Assembly (NCBI RefSeq): GCF_963506605.1 | Contig: NC_083278.1 | Span: forward strand, 54,312,001-54,376,000 | From: Zootoca vivipara | Taxonomy: Eukaryota | DNA length: 64,000 nt | Direction of reading: 5' to 3' | Shown here: in pieces, positions 1 through 11,581 of the stretch | How positions within the stretch are numbered: the first letter of the stretch is position 1 | Layout: every line of letters begins with the position of its first letter | The notes under the pieces: generated by a model | The model's database searches: none | What the model saw: only the letters and a program-made list of their open reading frames with translations | Told to the model about the DNA's origin: nothing | Position numbers and translations under genes: made by a program

Positions 1-3000
1 ACAATGTCAGAAATACTTTAAATGTACTACATCAGGCAGAGCAAACAAAAAAACTGACCTATTTGTAGTCTTGCTGTCATGGGACTGCCAGGGAACGCCT
101 TTGAGTAGGGGGGGGGGAGGAGAAGAGTCAGAACGGGACGGTCAGGAAATGACGGAAGAGGGAGAGGGGGAAGAGAGCAGGAAGGAGCCAGGAGGTGTCA
201 AGGCTCTCCGATGCTGAAACAGACCCCCAGCACTGCACAGGGAGCTTGGGGACAGATGGAGAGCCTATGCCTGTACCTTCGGCCCAGGAAAGGAGCGGAT
301 TAAAAAGGAGGGATCAGAAACATCCTTTAAGGCTTCCTCGCCTCTTATGTTGGAGGAGAAGCAGGAGGAGGCCACTCCCTGAATGTGGAGGATTCGGATG
401 CATAAGTTGTACTGTGGCTGCCTGTACATACCGCTATCTCTGAGTGAGCAGAGGGTGCTTATTGCGAAGAGTATACACAAACCATCACACTTGTTCAGTG
501 ATGTAAACAACAGACATGATAGCAAACAGCTTGGGCAGCATTTTGGGTCAATATTATTGAGGACATGAACTTGGTACACAACTAGTTAAAAGCCATACTA
601 GAGAAAGCTGTTGCAAAGTTCATTTGGGTGGGGTGGGCAGGTGGACAATAGTTCTGCTCTGTCCAGCTTAAAAGCACACACACACACTCTCTCATCGGGC
701 GGAGAGCACAAAAGAACCTGCAGCAGTAGAGGAGCTTCCATTCACAAAGTTAAGCTAGGTTGGTTGATGGTGCATCACTGAGGTTTTCCAAGTGTTGAAG
801 TGTCTCTCCTGGTGTCTTCAAGTCTTCCCACATGGCCCTTGGGGCTTCAACCTGGACAACCTCTCTGCAGTGCAACATGGAAGAAGGGGTGCTCAGGCAG
901 AAATCATCTTGTTCTGGAAGCCTCCTAAAGTTTAAATCTTGGGCAACAGTTCAGGGATAGATTGGCTACTTCCATCCATGCTGGTCAGGGCAGGCCCTGA
1001 CTCCCTCTCACCAGGGCTTTGTAGTGACTTTAGGGTTCAGCAGGGGATAGCCAAGCTACATGGTATATATGTCCCCTCTGTTTTCCCAGTACATTCATAA
1101 CAAAAGTTGGATCCAGACTTAGTCATGTTTGGGGCAGATGCATTGAAATGAATGGGACATAAGTTAGTAATGACCAACTGTTTTCATCGAGTCCCACTGA
1201 TTTCATTGAGTATCCAACACATTAAGAGGCATGTACAATTTGTGACCCAACAAACACAAAAGCAGGCAGCAGTAGCATGAGTTTTATTGAACTCCTGGTG
1301 GACCACCACATGGCTGGTAGCTTGCATCTTATGAAGTGTGCCCAAAGCTTTATAGGCCTGCCTCTGTGTCAAATCTTTGGGACAAAGGTTTCTTCTTTCC
1401 TGTGCTATGATGCAATAGTTTTAGACTCCGGAGCCAGCCTAGCTCTCTTCTGTGAGTCAGGAAATGCTGTCCATGTATAAGGTTTCCTACTGTGAAGGTA
1501 GACTAGCATGGGAGGAAACATCTTCTGAACATGTGCCCATCAAAACTATGCAGAACTTGGGTTTGCGCTTCTAGTCTCCTTAGACTTTCTCCTTCCAGAT
1601 GGACAGCCTTTAATCCCTATGTTATTTTAGTGCCCTCCTTAGTATTTTTACCCCTGTTTTATTTTATCCTTCTGGAGGTGAGATGATCTGAATTAGTTAA
1701 TTCAAATTGTACAAGCACTTCAGACACTGGCTGTGATGTCCTTGAGCTCTGAAGGAATCCAGTGCCCCTTGCATTAATTTAAAATAGCACAGCACTGAAG
1801 ATATAAAATGGAATTTTACTCAGGGCTGTTGTGGCAGTTCTCCAAATGGTTCCTTTTACTTTTAAAATATAAATGATTGTATAAGACTTGATCTGCTCTA
1901 CTGCTTCACATGTATTACATTTAACAACAGATAAGGAAAGAAAAGCTACTTCAGTCGCAGCTCCAGCAACTGATCTGCAATGGAATGCAACCATATCAGA
2001 AGCCATTCTAATTGCTTATGTCATTTTAATGGGTTGTGTGAATATTTATCATGCACTTTGTGTGCTTCTGTCAACATCCCACAGCTGCCTTCCTTTAAGG
2101 GTATGGATCTGATATTTCAGATACATCCAGGGGTCAGTCTTTTCCCAATACTCTCTCTGAAGGCAGCCAGTGCAGATTATTTTGGAGGCTTCAGACTTTG
2201 GTAGGGTTGCCATATGCCTGGGATTTGGCTATTGGGAATTGCATCCGGGTGGCAATCCATGTCAGCAGTCCTGAACTCCACAAGAATAGCTCAACAACTT
2301 CATTTTTATTTTATTTTTTGAGATTGTTCAACAACAACAAAAAGCTCAACAGCTTTGCCTTAAAATCTCAATAAATAACTTTTGTGTCTGGATTTTGACT
2401 TTCTGTAGGTTGTCTAAATTTTCTGGTTTTAATTGATTGTATCCATTTGTATTCTATGTTATTAAGTCACTTTGAGACTTGTTTTGTAAAAAGCAACTAA
2501 TAAATGTACTGTATATTACTTCTTCTTCTACTACTACTCCACGCAATATGTAAAACCCACTCTTAAACACCTTTATTTGGAAGTCGTACTGATTTCAGTA
2601 GGTCTTGCTTTCAGACAAATATATTTAGCAGCCCAATCCAGATACATATTTACTCTCAATGCAAACTGAGTTCAACTAGAGTGAAACGGTTGGGAATGGG
2701 GAAGAGTGTGCAGCCATGCTGCCTCTTTCCATGCCATGGAAATAACCTGGATATAAACTGTTGAAGAGGACTATTGTTTTTATTAAATTATTAGTGCTGT
2801 TTTGATGTTTACTTTCTTAAAAAATGCTGTAATGAGGTTGTCCACGATACTTCTGCAGTTCAGCCTAAATGATGAAGAACTTACTACTGAAGTATTAAAA
2901 AACTGGAAGTACCTGAGCTTATTTTTGAAGGATGGATTGATTTAACATTTAAGAGCTATCTCATTGATACAAAGCTCACAGTGGTTGGCTACTCTGTTTC

Positions 3001-3090
3001 CATCCCAAGATTTAACAATGTTGCTGAAATGTTTTGCATGGGTGCTTATTTCCCTCTAGTCAAACTCCAGTCTATCATTCTCTTAGTTTA

Positions 3091-3294
3091 CAGTGTGGTA
3101 CCTCTACTTATGAGCACCTCTGGTTATGTATCCTTCGGGATACACACACGGCAAACCCAGAGCTATTTTTCCGGGTTTCAACGCAGTTCTACTGCGCTGT
3201 GCACATGCGCAGAACAGGCACCTCCAGTTGCGAAAACCTCAGGATCCAACTGGAGCTCAAGAATGGATCCCGTCCGCAACCAGAGATACCACTG
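3091..3294. mobile_element. Tigger/pogo-like (Tc1/mariner superfamily) MITE
   Basis: Ends TA|CAGTGTGGTACCTC ... GAGATACCACTG|TA: imperfect TIRs with a TA target duplication. Confidence 0.8.
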
Positions 3295-5155
3295 TATTTC
3301 AAAAATGTTCATCCTGCTTCCCAGTCAGTGGAAGTCTTATAAAGAGGCACCCACGACCATAAAAAATATGGTATATAGATTTAGAAATCCATTCCATACA
3401 ACTAAAAGATGTATAGACATAAAACCACAAGATACACTGGTAATCATAAAAATATCATTATCCTAAAGTCCTATGATTCCACTGTTCCCTCATCTCCTCT
3501 TGCAGCTTCCCAGGGGTATCTGATTGGCCATTGTGAGAAGAGGGTGCTAGATGGGATTTGGTATGATCCAGTAGGGCTATTCTTAGAATTTGCCATTTTT
3601 TATTCTGTGCTAAATCCTGTTACTCACCTGATAATAAATCAACAGTCTAGGAATTGTGCCATGCTAAAATAATATAAGAGCCCAGCAGGAAGTGGCTGGA
3701 GGAATTCAAGCACAGCCAGCCAGCATAACTGGCCCTGCCTTGCACAGGATAGAGGTTCATGGACCAAAAGAGAGGCCTAGGCAACTGCAAGCTTGAATCA
3801 ACAAATTAAAGTTCTACTCTATTTTTAAAGCACAGTGCAGGTTTATGCCATTGGATGAATGTATTAAACTTGGGGTAAAGACAAGATAAACCAATCAGAA
3901 GGAATGCTTTGTGTGATTAATGACTATGCCATATCTAATGGGGCACATGTTTAATAGTCTCCAAGGTTCTGACAAGTAAAATAGCAACTAATTGTGGTGC
4001 CTAAGAATTATTCAGTCCTCGAGGCCTAAACAAAAGTTTTCGTTCGAGTTGAGGAAGGGTGGAGGTGTTGAGAAAGTTTACTTATCTTCTTTTCTTCAAA
4101 CCACACCAGCTGTCATAATACATATTTATTTTCTGAATTTTGCTTATTAATGGCTTATTTCACTTTAAGCTCTTTCAACCTACGCAGCAAGAAGCAGGCA
4201 AACACGGAGGTTTTTTGCAAGCAGACAACAAAGGAAAGCGCTGTACTTACAAATCTAATTTTCATCTAAGTACTGTAGATTGCAGCTCCCTGAGGCAAAG
4301 TCCTTGATATCAGAAAACCAATTTCTGGCAGATTGGAGGGGTTATTCCCCTTTGGTTTTCCAGCATCAGCGAGGAGATGGGAATAGAGGACCCATTCTCA
4401 GGAGGCTGGCAACTTCACAAAAGAAAAAACAGATGGGACCTGACAGGCTATTTCCAGGAGATGGAGTCTCTGAAGCAGGAAGCAGCGATGCCTGAGTGAC
4501 TACTGGGAGGCCCCTGCTTTTAAACTGGGAGAGTCAAGGACTCTGATGAGATGACAGCAGGCAGCATGCATTGTCAGGCTTCCACCTGTCCCATGAACAT
4601 TTACACTCCCCACCCCCTTCCTAATATATAATTTGCAGGTTGTCTTGTGAGTGCTGTATTGTTTAACCCTGATAACACCCTTAGCTGTACTCTGTGAATA
4701 TTTGCTATTTATTTGTTTTTGCCGTTTTCCAGAATTTGAGGCTGCACTATGTAGGCATAGAACCTTCAGCTATTTCTATACTAAAATTATATCTCTGATT
4801 CCCTATTCTTCCCTATCTCTTTCCAATGAAAGAGCATGCAAGGATAAGAACACTGGGGTGTATTCTGTATTCAGAGTCCACCTCAGAATATCCTACATTC
4901 TGAGAGAAAATTATATTAGGCATCAGTTTTCCCTTCTCTCCAAATCCTTCTGAAATAAGCACTATTTCCCACTTCATCTTGGTATTTGAATTCGGGTTTT
5001 ATTTCCTTCTTCAAAGTCATATGTCATCAACTTTCCTGAGCCAATTATGAAAAACATCTGCTGGCAAGATTTGTACAATGAAACCAATTTATCTACAGTT
5101 AAATTTTGTATTTTGAAATAATTTTGGAATTTTGTACATGACTACCATTAGCCTA

Positions 5156-5493
5156 GGGACGCGGGCGGCGTGGGTTAAACCACAGAGCCTAGGGCTTGCC
5201 GATCAGAAGGTCGGCGGTTCGAATCCCCATGACGGGGTGAGCTCCCTTTGCTCAGTCCCAGCTCCTGCCAACCTAGCAGTTCGAAAGCATGTCAAAGTGC
5301 AAGTAGATAAAGTGGGAAGTTAAACAGCATTTCTGTGTGCTGCTCTGGTTCACCAAAAGCGGCTTTGTCATGCTGGCCACATGACCTGGAAGCTGTACGC
5401 CAGCTCCCTCGGCCAATAACGCGAGATGAGTGCCGCAACCCCAGAGTCGGTCACGACTGGACCTAATGGTCAGGGGTCCCTTTACCTTTACCT
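5156..5493 (+). mobile_element. Sauria (Squam1) SINE, near full length
   Basis: GGGACGCGGG head, B-box GGTTCGAATCC and (ACCTTT)n tail. TSD TACCATTAGCCTA at 5143-5155 and 5494-5506. Confidence 0.92.
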
Positions 5494-5501
5494 TACCATT
5501 A

Positions 5502-5828
5502 GCCTAGGGCTTGCTAATCAGAAGGTCAGCAGTTCGAATCTCTGTGACGGGGTGAGCTCCCATTGTTCGGTCCCAGCTCCTGCCCACCTAGCAGTTCGAA
5601 AGCATGTCAAGTGCAAGTAGATAAATAGGTACCGCTCCAGCAGGAAGGTAAACAGCATTTCCGTGCTCTGCTCTGCTTTGCCAGAAGCGGCTTAGTCATG
5701 CTAGCCACATGACCTGGAAGCTGTCTGTGGACAAACCCTGGCTCCCTCGGCCTATAGAGCAAGATGAGTGCCACAACCCCAGAGTCATCTGCAACTGGAC
5801 CTAATGGTCAGGGGTCCCTTTATCTTAC
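5502..5828 (+). mobile_element. Sauria SINE, 5'-truncated, in tandem with the previous copy
   Basis: Same body and tail as 5156-5493. CTACCATTA recurs after the tail at 5829-5837. Confidence 0.9.
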
Positions 5829-6067
5829 CTACCATTAACTCTCAACAAGTTGTTTAGAGTCCAGTTGACCCCAGCTTGCTCAGTTATCTTTTCCCAGAGA
5901 CCACTGAGGGGGGAAATATGCCCAGTTGTGAAGATACTTGATCTCAGCCCCTTATATTGTTGGCTGTGAGCTGCTGCTGTTGCTGCTGCATCTAAGGAAA
6001 CTGATAAGCAAATTCTTGGCTGTGATTAAGTCTAAGATGATGAGGGAGGGAGCAGGATTGGGTCACT

Positions 6068-6110
6068 TTTATGTCATGGGAAACTGATTATCAGTTTCCC
6101 ATGACATAAA
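6068..6110. repeat. Perfect 21-bp inverted repeat with 1-nt spacer (43-bp palindrome)
   Basis: TTTATGTCATGGGAAACTGAT-T-ATCAGTTTCCCATGACATAAA. Confidence 0.95.
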
Positions 6111-6206
6111 TGCACAGAAACTTTCCAGCCATTTCCAAATCTGATAGCATGAGAGACTGGGTACTCCACTTCCCAGTCATCTTCTAAGTATGATCCAGTT
6201 TTGGCT

Positions 6207-6580
6207 GTAAAAGGACCCTGTGACTGTTAAGTCCAGTCAAAGGCGACGATGGGGTGTGGCACTCATCTCACTTCAGGGTGATGGAGCAGGCACTTGTCCA
6301 CAGACAGCTTTCTAGGTCATGTGGCCAGTATGACTAAATCACTTCTGGTGCAACGGAACAGCGTGACAGAAACCAGAGCACATGGAAACGCCGTTTACCT
6401 TCCTGCCACAGTGGTACCTATTTATCTACTTGCACTGGTGTGCTTTCGAACTGCTAGGTGGGCAGGAGCTGGGACAGAGCAATGGGAGCTCACCCCATTG
6501 TGGGGATTCGAACCACCAACCTTCTGATTTGCAAGCCCAAGAGGCTCAGTGGTTTAGACCACAGTGCCACCTGCACCCCT
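6207..6580 (-). mobile_element. Sauria SINE (more diverged), minus strand
   Basis: Reverse complement of the SINE body (GGATTCGAACC B-box, GAAACTGCTAGG-like core). TSD GTTTTGGCT at 6198-6206 and 6581-6589. Confidence 0.88.
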
Positions 6581-6797
6581 GTTTTGGCTCAGTGTACATC
6601 CTTTGGGAACCACCTTTTTCTTGTGGTAAGTTTTTTAACAGACATTGTCCCCTTGACTAACACTGCATAGCAAGAACACAATTTGATAGCTGACCAAAAA
6701 CTGTGGAACTCCATTCCCCTAATAATATCTGAGCCTGTACAACTTCAATAGCTCTGCAGGGCCTTCTTGTTTGGTACTGCTCATATACAGTATTTTA

Positions 6798-9014
6798 TGG
6801 ATTACAAGAACAGTAGACTGCAGACACTGCAGTTTTACACTTTATGCACTGTAGTTCATCACCGGGCAATATTTACGAATTCACTGAATCAGTAACCCCC
6901 AGTTTACACACATCCTCCCGTAAAGCCTTTTCATCTTCAATCAGTTATGTCTTTCTCAACAGTACGTAGATGCTACCACTACATCAAGAGTCTCTGCTTT
7001 GGCAGCCATTCTGCATATCATATCATGAGAAAACAAACATTAGTGGTGTAATAAGTGATAGTGCTCCACATATTGACGTCCCAATGGCAACCAGTCAACA
7101 GGGCAGAAATTAACAGCTTCAGCAGAGTTGAAACCTTGGTTAAAGCCACTATGATAGGCTCTTGGAAATGTAATCACAAATTTACCAGCACACTGGTAGG
7201 TACAGTAAATAGGCCCACCATGAGACATTAATGTATTGGGATTCATAATTGTAACCAGCTGATGTAAAAGGTCTGGCTGAGATTCAAATAGCTCTGGAGC
7301 CAACTTCTTCATTACATCTTCCAGTTGTTCAGCTGCATATCCTGGGGCTCCATACCATATTTTAGGCTCCCCCCAATGCAGATAGATGATAGAATAGCTC
7401 CAGTGATCCTCAATATGCCAGTGAAATGAGGAAAAACAAATCCCTATGTGTAGCCAAGGCAACTTCATTCCACATATATCTGCAGTGATGTGAGCAAGTA
7501 CAGATTGTTCCATCACAGGCATATGCAGATTCCATCCACTATCAATATACTCCTCTTCTTCTGGTTTTACCGTAATTTGATTTTCCCACCTCTCACAGGA
7601 AACTCACTGCAAACTCCTTTGAAGCAATATCAGCACCATATTCTACTATAACATCCTCTTCAATTGTGCTAACATGACGCCAAAACTCTTTCTCAACCAA
7701 TTCTGTAGGAACCACATGCACTGGCATATTAAAATAATCTGACTTGCAGGCACCTGCCATTTCTCCAAATGTGCGAAGTGTGCAGTCTCGTGCTGCCTGT
7801 TCCAAACCAAATACTTCTTGTGGTTTATTACATCCCCAGTCCCCCTCGGGGAATATCACAAAGAGGTGGTATTAAGCAAAAGGTATGGTAACTGTCATCA
7901 CAGCCATCTCATAGGAGCAGACTATCCCCATCATTACCACTGCCGCACAACAGACAAACATACAAATCCACAGCATTAAAGCTTTTCTTAGAACATCCCT
8001 TTGGTTGTTCTCTTTCTGTTTCCCAGATGGCTTGCGTTTTTTCAACCATTTCCCATTTCACTAGGCTATGAGACTCTTTATCACTGCCAGGCTCAAGCTT
8101 TGGAGGGGTGGTTCCCATTCTATGTCTCAGATTGTGAGTTTTTGTTTCTATAAAGGTAAAGGTAAAGGGACCCCTGACCATTAGGTCCAGTCGCGGACGA
8201 CTCTGGGGTTGCGGTGCTCATCTTGCTTTACTGGCCGAGGGAGCCGGTGTACAGCTTCCGGGTCATGTGGCCTGGCCAGCATGACTAAGCTGCTTCTCGC
8301 GAACCAGAGCAGCGGATGGAAATGCTGTTTACCTTCCTGCCAGAGCAGTACCTATTTATCTACTTGCACTTTGATGTACTTTTGAACTGCTAGCTTGGCA
8401 GGAGCTGGGACCGAGCAATGGGAGCTCACCCCGCCGCGGGGATTCGAACCGCCGACCTTCTGATCAGCAAGCCCTAGGCTCTGTGGTTTAGACCACAGTG
8501 CCACCTACGTCCCCTTTTTGTTTCTGTAGCTTCCTCCAAATCAGTTTTAATATTAGGCGCCTCTGCTCTCATGCATTTTGCTCGATGAGCAGGTGGACAA
8601 GTTTCAGACAGCTGAACAGGCTTGTCTTTCAGGAATATAATGGGGTTTTTATTCCTTGTCCTTTGTGCTGCTGGTGGTATCTGGCTTCTGAAGACACTTT
8701 TCCAGAACTGCATCATCCACTAAACTCATCAATTTGGAACAAATGTCTGGCGCCATCAGACTAGCTCCAGTCTAAAATAAGTTGTAAGGGTAAAGAATGT
8801 GCTCATAATGAGCACAAATATGTGAGCCCACAGCTTTGCCAGGAACAAACCCCTTCTTGGTAGCTATTTTAGTCCATTTTCTGTCCTCACACACCAAGTC
8901 AAATCCACCTTCTTCTGCAACCAGCCTATTAAACTGGAATAAATCCAAGATCTTTCTTTCTACATGTGGAATTTTCAGTGTGCATCACTGAAGTTCCCAA
9001 AACTTTGCAATGTG
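6798..9014 (-). pseudogene. KDM5B: Processed (intronless) KDM5B retrocopy fragment, truncated at both 5' and 3' ends, disabled
   Basis: Minus-strand translation gives ARID (IAKFWELQ*CTLKIPHVERKILDL), PHD1 (VDLYVCLLCGSGND), [23 protein letters not shown], JmjC ([22 protein letters not shown]...WHIEDHW...[14 protein letters not shown]; these residues fit KDM5B rather than KDM5A/C) and the start of C5HC2 (..YCSCNP). There are no introns, and stops and frameshifts are present. Flanked by GTATTTTA at 6790-6797 and 9015-9022. Confidence 0.93.
8153..8514 (-). mobile_element. Sauria SINE inserted into the KDM5B retrocopy
   Basis: Runs from the (AAAGGT)n tail to the ..ACGTCCCC head. 14-bp TSD TTTTTGTTTCT(A/G)TA at 8139-8152 and 8515-8528. 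Confidence 0.93.
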
Positions 9015-9494
9015 GTATTTTACGTTTCCAAGTGTCTTGTACTACTTCTTTTACTATTGTCCTCTCATTTGTGTTATTACCTGGGTAAGAAGCTGCTGGA
9101 ATGTAATAAATAAGAAAAATGTGTGGGCAGCTTCTTGAGAGTGGAGAGCACAAACTGTTTGACCTTTGCTTGTAACATTGATTGATAGGCTAGAAGCAAT
9201 TGAACCAACTTGCTATTTTTCATCGCATCTTTTTTCTCACTTGAGCTGCCCATCTTTATTTCGTCTTCATTAGTCTTAGAGTGGCTTGTACAACTGGCAC
9301 TTGATTTAGACATGTTCACCAGCACAAAGTTTGCAAACCTCTGAAACAAGTGATTGTAACCAAGCTAGACATATCAGCCGTGAAGCTAGTGTAAGGTTCT
9401 AAATCAAGACTTTTTAATGTGCTTTTCTGGCAAGAGATTTTTCTTTTCCTACATTAAGCAAATATTAATCCCTTAACACTTAATCCCTTAAATT

Positions 9495-10920
9495 TGGCTC
9501 TGTGTTATACTCACAATCATAGGGCAAAAGAGCAAGGTGGAGGACTGCTGGAACGTAAGTGGAGAAAAGCTCCAAATAAGTATAGCCAAACACTGGTGAG
9601 TGTGCATTTTCAAGCATACTTAGTGGCAGTGAAGGCAGCAAAGAAGGCATACTTTGCTACCTCCATTGCATCCTCAGTATGCCACCCTGCACAACTTTAC
9701 CAGGTAGCAGGGCCCTTTGCATATTGGCCTGAAAGAGGTGGTAGAACAGACAGAAGTTTGCTGTGACTTGTTTGCTAAGCATTTTGAGAATAAAATCGCT
9801 TGCGTACCTGGGACCTTGACACTGTTGCTATAGCAGTTGAATCTTGAGAGGTGTCCAGAGCACTGTCTAATTCTGTTTTGTTGGATGGATTTCAGCTGTT
9901 GAGGCTCAGGTGTGTGGACAAGGTGCTTGGACCCTTGACATAAAATCCAGCAGGGAAGAGACAGCTGCCTGGGCCAGGGAGGTGGTCAATACCTCTTTAC
10001 AAGAGCGGGTGTTTCCTGCCTGTTTGAAGGTGGCAGTAATGAGACTGCTTCTTAAGAAAACATCCCTAGATTCTGAGAACCTAAGTAATTACCAGCCAGT
10101 TGCACTGTTAGTGGGTGGTTTCCTAGACTGGATGGATGGGAGACTGCCTGCTCTTGAGGGAGTTACACTGCCTTTTAAAGGGGTGTTCTTGGATCCATTA
10201 CTGTCACTTGAGGCCCAGGTGGCCTCAGTGGCTCAGGGTATCTTTTGTCAGCTTTGGTTGGTGGCCCAGCTATGCCCCTATCTGTAACTTCTGTGGCCTG
10301 CACTCTGGTAACATCTAGGTTGGATTTCTGCAATGCATTATACATGTGGCTGCCTCTGAAGACGGATTGGAGGCTTCAGCTGGCCAGATTGCTCACCAGT
10401 ACAAAATAATTTGAGCATATAAAACCAATCCTAACCCAACTGCACTGGCTGCCATTAAGTTTCCGGGCCCAATTCAAAGTGTTGGTGTTTTACCTATAAA
10501 GCCTTACACAGCTCAGGACCTCAATACCTTAAGGACCACCTCTCTCCATACAAACTAACCTGAACCCTGCACTTGTCATCCGAGGCCCTTTTCTATGTCC
10601 CTACTCAGAGAGGTTCGAAGGGTGGCGACATGAGACATCTCTATGGTGGCTCCCCATCTGTGGAATGTTCTCCCCAGAGAGGTTCATCTGACACCATCAT
10701 TTGATGTCTTATGCACCAAGCAAAAACATTCTTCTTTACCAAGGCCCTCAGCCTTGGTATCTATGGCCTGTTAAATTGGGGAGGGGGGCTGTTATTATGA
10801 TTATTTTATTATGTTGTCTATTATTATTCTGTCTGTAATTATTATGCTCCATAAAATATGTTTTTAATGCTGTACACTGCCCTGGGATCATATGATAAGG
10901 GGTGGGATATTAATCAAGTA
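9495..10920 (+). mobile_element. Degraded L2-clade LINE, 5'-truncated and internally deleted
   Basis: ORF2 remnants ERKWRK..AYLVAVKAAKKAYF; VVNTSLQERVFPACLKVAV..LLKKTSLD..NYQPVA; GVFLDPLLSLEAQV; SRLDFCNAL; LHWLP. A typical 3' UTR follows. Confidence 0.85.
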
Positions 10921-10923
10921 AAT

Positions 10924-11067
10924 AAAGGTAAAGGGACCCCTGACCATTAGGTCCAGTCGTGACCGACTCTGGGGTTGCGCGCTCATCTCACATTATTGGC
11001 CGAGGGAGCCGGCGTATAGCTTCCAGTTCATGTGGCCAGCATGACAAAGCTGCTTCTGGCAAACCAG
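10924..11067 (-). mobile_element. Sauria SINE 3' fragment inserted in the L2 tail
   Basis: AAAGGTAAAGGGACCCCTGACCATTAGGTCCAGTCG..., the same 3' end as the other copies. Confidence 0.88.
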
Positions 11068-11110
11068 AAATAAATAATAAATAACAATAAGATAGAGAGT
11101 ATATACACAC

Positions 11111-11557
11111 TAGGAATGAGGAAGAAATTCAATTCACATTTAAATAGAAACCTAAATAATTCTCACTTTCAAAACAGCAGAGAGATTAAAACACAACCAG
11201 TCTTCAACATTCACACTACTCTGAAATTTGCAGTGCAGTTCTCCAGTCAAGCAATGTATTTCAAAAAATGCATATACTGGAGTAAAGTGTCCATAAAAGT
11301 GTGTTTTAGTAGTTAAAATAACACAAAAATATATTATTTTATGTAGGAATTGCTTTGCAAAAATGTGTATATTGGGCAAAATTGTATGCAAGCATGTTTA
11401 TATTAGGAGAAATTCAATTAAAATGTTGATAGAGTTTCATGAGGACTTTTTTTAAAAAAAATGACAAACTGACCTGAAAATTTGGAGGGCTAAATTTAAG
11501 TTTGAAAAAAAATGACAAACTGAGAGAAACTAAAATTGACAAATTCACCCATCCCTA
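11111..11557. mobile_element. AT-rich non-autonomous hAT-type element
   Basis: Ends TAGGAATGAG ... CCCATCCCTA. The 8-bp flanks ATACACAC and AAACACAC match at 7 of 8 positions. Confidence 0.65.
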
Positions 11558-11560
11558 AAA

Positions 11561-11581
11561 CACACACACACACACACACAT
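11561..11581. repeat. (CA)n microsatellite
   Basis: Direct reading. Confidence 0.9.

Noticed and set aside
75-385. Possible Gypsy solo-LTR remnant (TGTCATGGGA start, purine-rich); similar stretches near 4270-4560 and 59965-60375
   Set aside because: No matching 3' terminus or TSD could be established.
7040-7522. JmjC ORF as a functional mini-demethylase gene
   Set aside because: No JmjN, substitutions at conserved positions, and neighbouring segments have stops, frameshifts and a SINE insertion.
9077-9349. 90-aa minus ORF just upstream of the KDM5B retrocopy, a possible chimeric partner
   Set aside because: It lies outside the TSD and I cannot recognise any homology. A BLASTX would settle it.
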